Source: an uncultured Sphingopyxis sp. (lineage in GTDB: Bacteria; Pseudomonadota; Alphaproteobacteria; Sphingomonadales; Sphingomonadaceae). Taken from it: a stretch of 64,000 nucleotides of DNA. Numbering within the stretch: the first letter of the stretch is position 1; each line of letters starts with the position of its first letter. The DNA lies in contig CAKZIN010000093.1 of NCBI GenBank assembly GCA_936933955.1, forward strand, positions 23,425 through 87,424, read 5' to 3'. The notes beneath the pieces were generated by a model. That model worked only from the letters and a program-made list of their open reading frames with translations. It did no database searches and was not told the origin of the DNA. The position numbers and the translations under genes were made by a program. Positions 61,645 to 64,000 of the stretch are shown one piece after another.

Positions 61645-63885
61645 ATGTCCACCCGATGCACTCACAGCCTGCGCGGATCGCGTCGCTGGTGGGCGGTCGG
61701 AGCCGTGCTGGCCGCTCTCCCCGCGATTGCCGCGGCGCAGGAGACGGTGCCCGCAAGCGAACCTGGGCCCGCGGCGAGCGAAGCATCGCGCACCGTCGAC
61801 TTCTCCGCCGACACCATCGACTATGACGCCACCGGCGACATCGTCACCGCGCGTGGCCGCGTGCTGCTCGAACGGGAAGCATGGCGCGTCCGCGCCGATG
61901 CGGTCACCTGGAACCGCCGCACGGGGGAGGTTGTGGCGCGCGGCAATGTCGCGCTCACCAACCCCCAGGGCGACACCGCCTATGGCGACCATGTGACGCT
62001 GACCGACTCGCTGCGCGACGGCATGATCGACCAGCTGCTGGTGGTCTTCGGGGAGGGCGGACGGCTTGCCGCAGCGCGCGGCGAACGCCTCGCCAACGGC
62101 GACCTCCGCCTGGAGCGCGCGACATATTCCCCCTGCCCCGTGAGTGACGCCGACGGTTGCCCGCGCCGCCCGACCTGGCTGGTCCGTGCCGAGCGGGTCA
62201 CCTACAGCGCTGCGGAAGAACGCGTCCGCTACGAAGGCGCGCGGATTTCCCTGCTCGGGCTCGCAACGCTTCCGCTCCCGGCCTTTTCGCACCCAATCGG
62301 CGGGGGCACGAGCGACGGTTTCCTCACCCCCGACCTGCGCTTCGACGACATCAACGGGGTGGAGGTCGCGGTCCCCTACTACCGGCGCTATTCCGACCGT
62401 CTGGACGTGACGGCAACCCCGCACATCTACACCAACGTGCTGCCGATGGCCGAAGCGCAGGTTCGCGGGCTGACCCGGCGGGGCGCGTTCGACGTGCGCG
62501 GGTGGCTCACCGCCAGCCGCCAGACCAGCGCCACATTCGCCTCGAGCGGCAACTTTCGCCTGCGTGGCGCGGTCGAAGCGGCGGCGGGCTATCAGTTCAC
62601 GCCGCAGTGGAGCGCGGACAGCTCGATCCGCTGGGCGAGCGACCGCACCTTCCTGCGGCGCTACGACATCAGCCGCGACGATCGGCTGCGTTCGACCGTC
62701 GCGGTGCGGCGGCTCGACGAGCGCAGCATGTTTTCGATCGCGGGCTGGGCGACGCAGACGCTGCGCCTCGGCGATTCGCAGGGCCAGCAGCCGATCGCGC
62801 TGCCGCTGATCGACTATCGCCGCCGTATCGACGCCCTGCCGGTGCCGGGCTCGCTGCTGCTTGAGGCGAACACGCTCTCGCTTCTGCGCACCTCCGGTCA
62901 GGACACGCAGCGACTGTTCGCCGGAGGAACCTGGAACTGGCGCGGACTGCTGCCGATGGGGGTGGAGTACAGCCTCACCGGCCTCGGGCGCGTGGATGTC
63001 TATCACACCCAGTCGACCGCACTTTCGCCAGTGATCGACTATCGCGGCGCGGAAGGCTGGCAGACGCGCGCGATCCTGCTCGGCGCGGCGGAGGCGAGCT
63101 GGCCATTGGTCGGTGCTTTCGCAGGCGGCACGCAGCGGCTCACCCCGCGCGTGCAGGTCGTCATCGCAGCGCCGGTCAACAACATCGACATCCCCAACGA
63201 AGACAGCCGCGCGTTCGAGCTGGAGGATGTCAACATCTTCTCGCTCAACCGCTTCAACGGCCACGACCGGGTCGAGGACGGCAGCCGAGCGACCTATGGC
63301 GTCGAATGGAATTGGCAGCGCCGCGACCTCGCCATCACCACGCAGCTCGCGCAGAGCTTCCGCCTCGATGACCAGCCGCAACTGTTCGTGCCGGGCACCG
63401 GCCTCGACGATCAGTTCAGCGACATCGTCGGTCGCACGAGCGTCGCTTGGCGCGACTTCGTCCGGCTGACGCATCGTTTCCGGCTCGACAAGGACAACCT
63501 CGCGATCCGCCGCAACGAGATCGACGCGACCGTGGGTAGCGATCGCACCTATGCGGTGGTCGGCTATTCCCGGCTCAACCGTGACATCCTCTCGCGCGGC
63601 GAGGACCTGCGCGATCGCGAGGAAGTGCGCGTCGGCGGGCGCTGGCAGATCAGCCGTCACTGGTCGGCGTTCGGATCGGCGATCGTCGACCTCACCGGGC
63701 CGGAGGACGATCCGCTCGTCGTCGGCGACGGGTTCGAACCGATCCGCCATCGCATCGGCGTCGGTTACGAGGACGAATGTTTCGCTTTCAGCCTCACCTG
63801 GCGGCGCGACTATCTCGACACTGGCGACGCGCGCGCCGGCAACAGCTTCCTCGTGCGGGTGGCTTTCCGCAATCTCGGCGTGTAG
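61645..63885 (+). CDS. lptD: LPS-assembly outer-membrane protein LptD (OstA/Imp family)
   Basis: Signal peptide. N-terminal OstA domain (DADTIDYDATGDIVTARGRV). Large C-terminal beta-barrel. Divergent from pepA-holC. Confidence 0.8.
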   Translation: MSTRCTHSLRGSRRWWAVGAVLAALPAIAAAQETVPASEPGPAASEASRTVDFSADTIDYDATGDIVTARGRVLLEREAWRVRADAVTWNRRTGEVVARGNVALTNPQGDTAYGDHVTLTDSLRDGMIDQLLVVFGEGGRLAAARGERLANGDLRLERATYSPCPVSDADGCPRRPTWLVRAERVTYSAAEERVRYEGARISLLGLATLPLPAFSHPIGGGTSDGFLTPDLRFDDINGVEVAVPYYRRYSDRLDVTATPHIYTNVLPMAEAQVRGLTRRGAFDVRGWLTASRQTSATFASSGNFRLRGAVEAAAGYQFTPQWSADSSIRWASDRTFLRRYDISRDDRLRSTVAVRRLDERSMFSIAGWATQTLRLGDSQGQQPIALPLIDYRRRIDALPVPGSLLLEANTLSLLRTSGQDTQRLFAGGTWNWRGLLPMGVEYSLTGLGRVDVYHTQSTALSPVIDYRGAEGWQTRAILLGAAEASWPLVGAFAGGTQRLTPRVQVVIAAPVNNIDIPNEDSRAFELEDVNIFSLNRFNGHDRVEDGSRATYGVEWNWQRRDLAITTQLAQSFRLDDQPQLFVPGTGLDDQFSDIVGRTSVAWRDFVRLTHRFRLDKDNLAIRRNEIDATVGSDRTYAVVGYSRLNRDILSRGEDLRDREEVRVGGRWQISRHWSAFGSAIVDLTGPEDDPLVVGDGFEPIRHRIGVGYEDECFAFSLTWRRDYLDTGDARAGNSFLVRVAFRNLGV

Positions 63886-64000
63886 GCGTCGACGCTCGCC
63901 TCATCGCGTTCGGCACGGGTTCAGCCGAGGACGTACAGAGGTGCACCTTTCCGGGCGTAACGCCCTTCGTGAAGCAGGACCTCGCGTGAAGCTTTCGACC

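Noticed and set aside
59841-63750. Long antisense ORFs (59841..61514 plus, 61594..63750 minus) opposite pepA and lptD
   Set aside because: No recognisable domains and Arg/Ala/Gly-rich. pepA and lptD are strongly supported on the other strands.
63986-64000. GTG AAG CTT TCG ACC at the window end as a possible surA start downstream of lptD
   Set aside because: Only 5 codons are visible, so a gene call is not supportable.

Overview
This 64 kb window is a high-GC (~66-68%) chromosomal segment of an alphaproteobacterium, probably a sphingomonad. That guess rests on the PhyR/NepR/EcfG general-stress locus, ccrM, and the PEP-CTERM regulatory genes. Coding is dense and mostly on the minus strand. Many junctions between genes are 1-4 nt start/stop overlaps (ATGA, GTGA or similar).

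Recognisable content, in order:
- an amidohydrolase lipoprotein plus a POT peptide transporter;
- a nitroreductase and a short GntR regulator;
- the PEP-CTERM/exosortase regulatory module prsT-prsR-prsK with the associated polyprenyl sugar transferase (no exosortase in the window);
- xthA, erpA, an M23 peptidase, bcp and glnE;
- the general stress response locus: phyR-ecfG on one strand, divergent nepR followed by an HWE histidine kinase;
- tgt and an outer-membrane beta-barrel protein;
- a radical-SAM protein plus a DUF4130/UDG-family-4 protein, a putative DNA-repair operon preceded by an alpha-type LexA box;
- ahcY, YqgE, a peroxiredoxin, amn and MipA;
- pntAA-pntAB-pntB, interrupted between pntAA and pntAB by a DUF559 gene plus a 129-bp inverted-repeat hairpin element;
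- a cryptic 39-aa aa3-oxidase subunit-IV-like ORF;
- an NtrC-family regulator whose Walker A, Walker B and GAFTGA motifs are all degenerate;
- folP, ccrM (with clustered GANTC sites in its leader), rnhB, and a DUF1272-ThiD/VOC fusion;
- glmM, an MFS transporter and a CDC48-like double-AAA ATPase;
- a LysR regulator with a His-rich TonB-dependent receptor;
- the leucine-catabolic liu cluster (ivd, PhnA-like, mccB, DUF3088, mccA);
- rpiB, glyA, nrdR, trmJ, chorismate mutase, sodB, ndk, holC, pepA and lptD.

No CRISPR array, tRNA, rRNA or classical transposase was found.

The most interesting items are the LexA-box-controlled radical-SAM/UDG module, the DUF559-plus-hairpin insertion splitting the pnt operon, the ATPase-dead bacterial enhancer-binding-protein (bEBP) homologue, the atypical wiring of the general stress locus, and a family of CTCCCC/GGGGAG hairpin elements carrying 10-nt homopolymeric G/C tracts.

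All identifications are from reading the translations; no database search was run.
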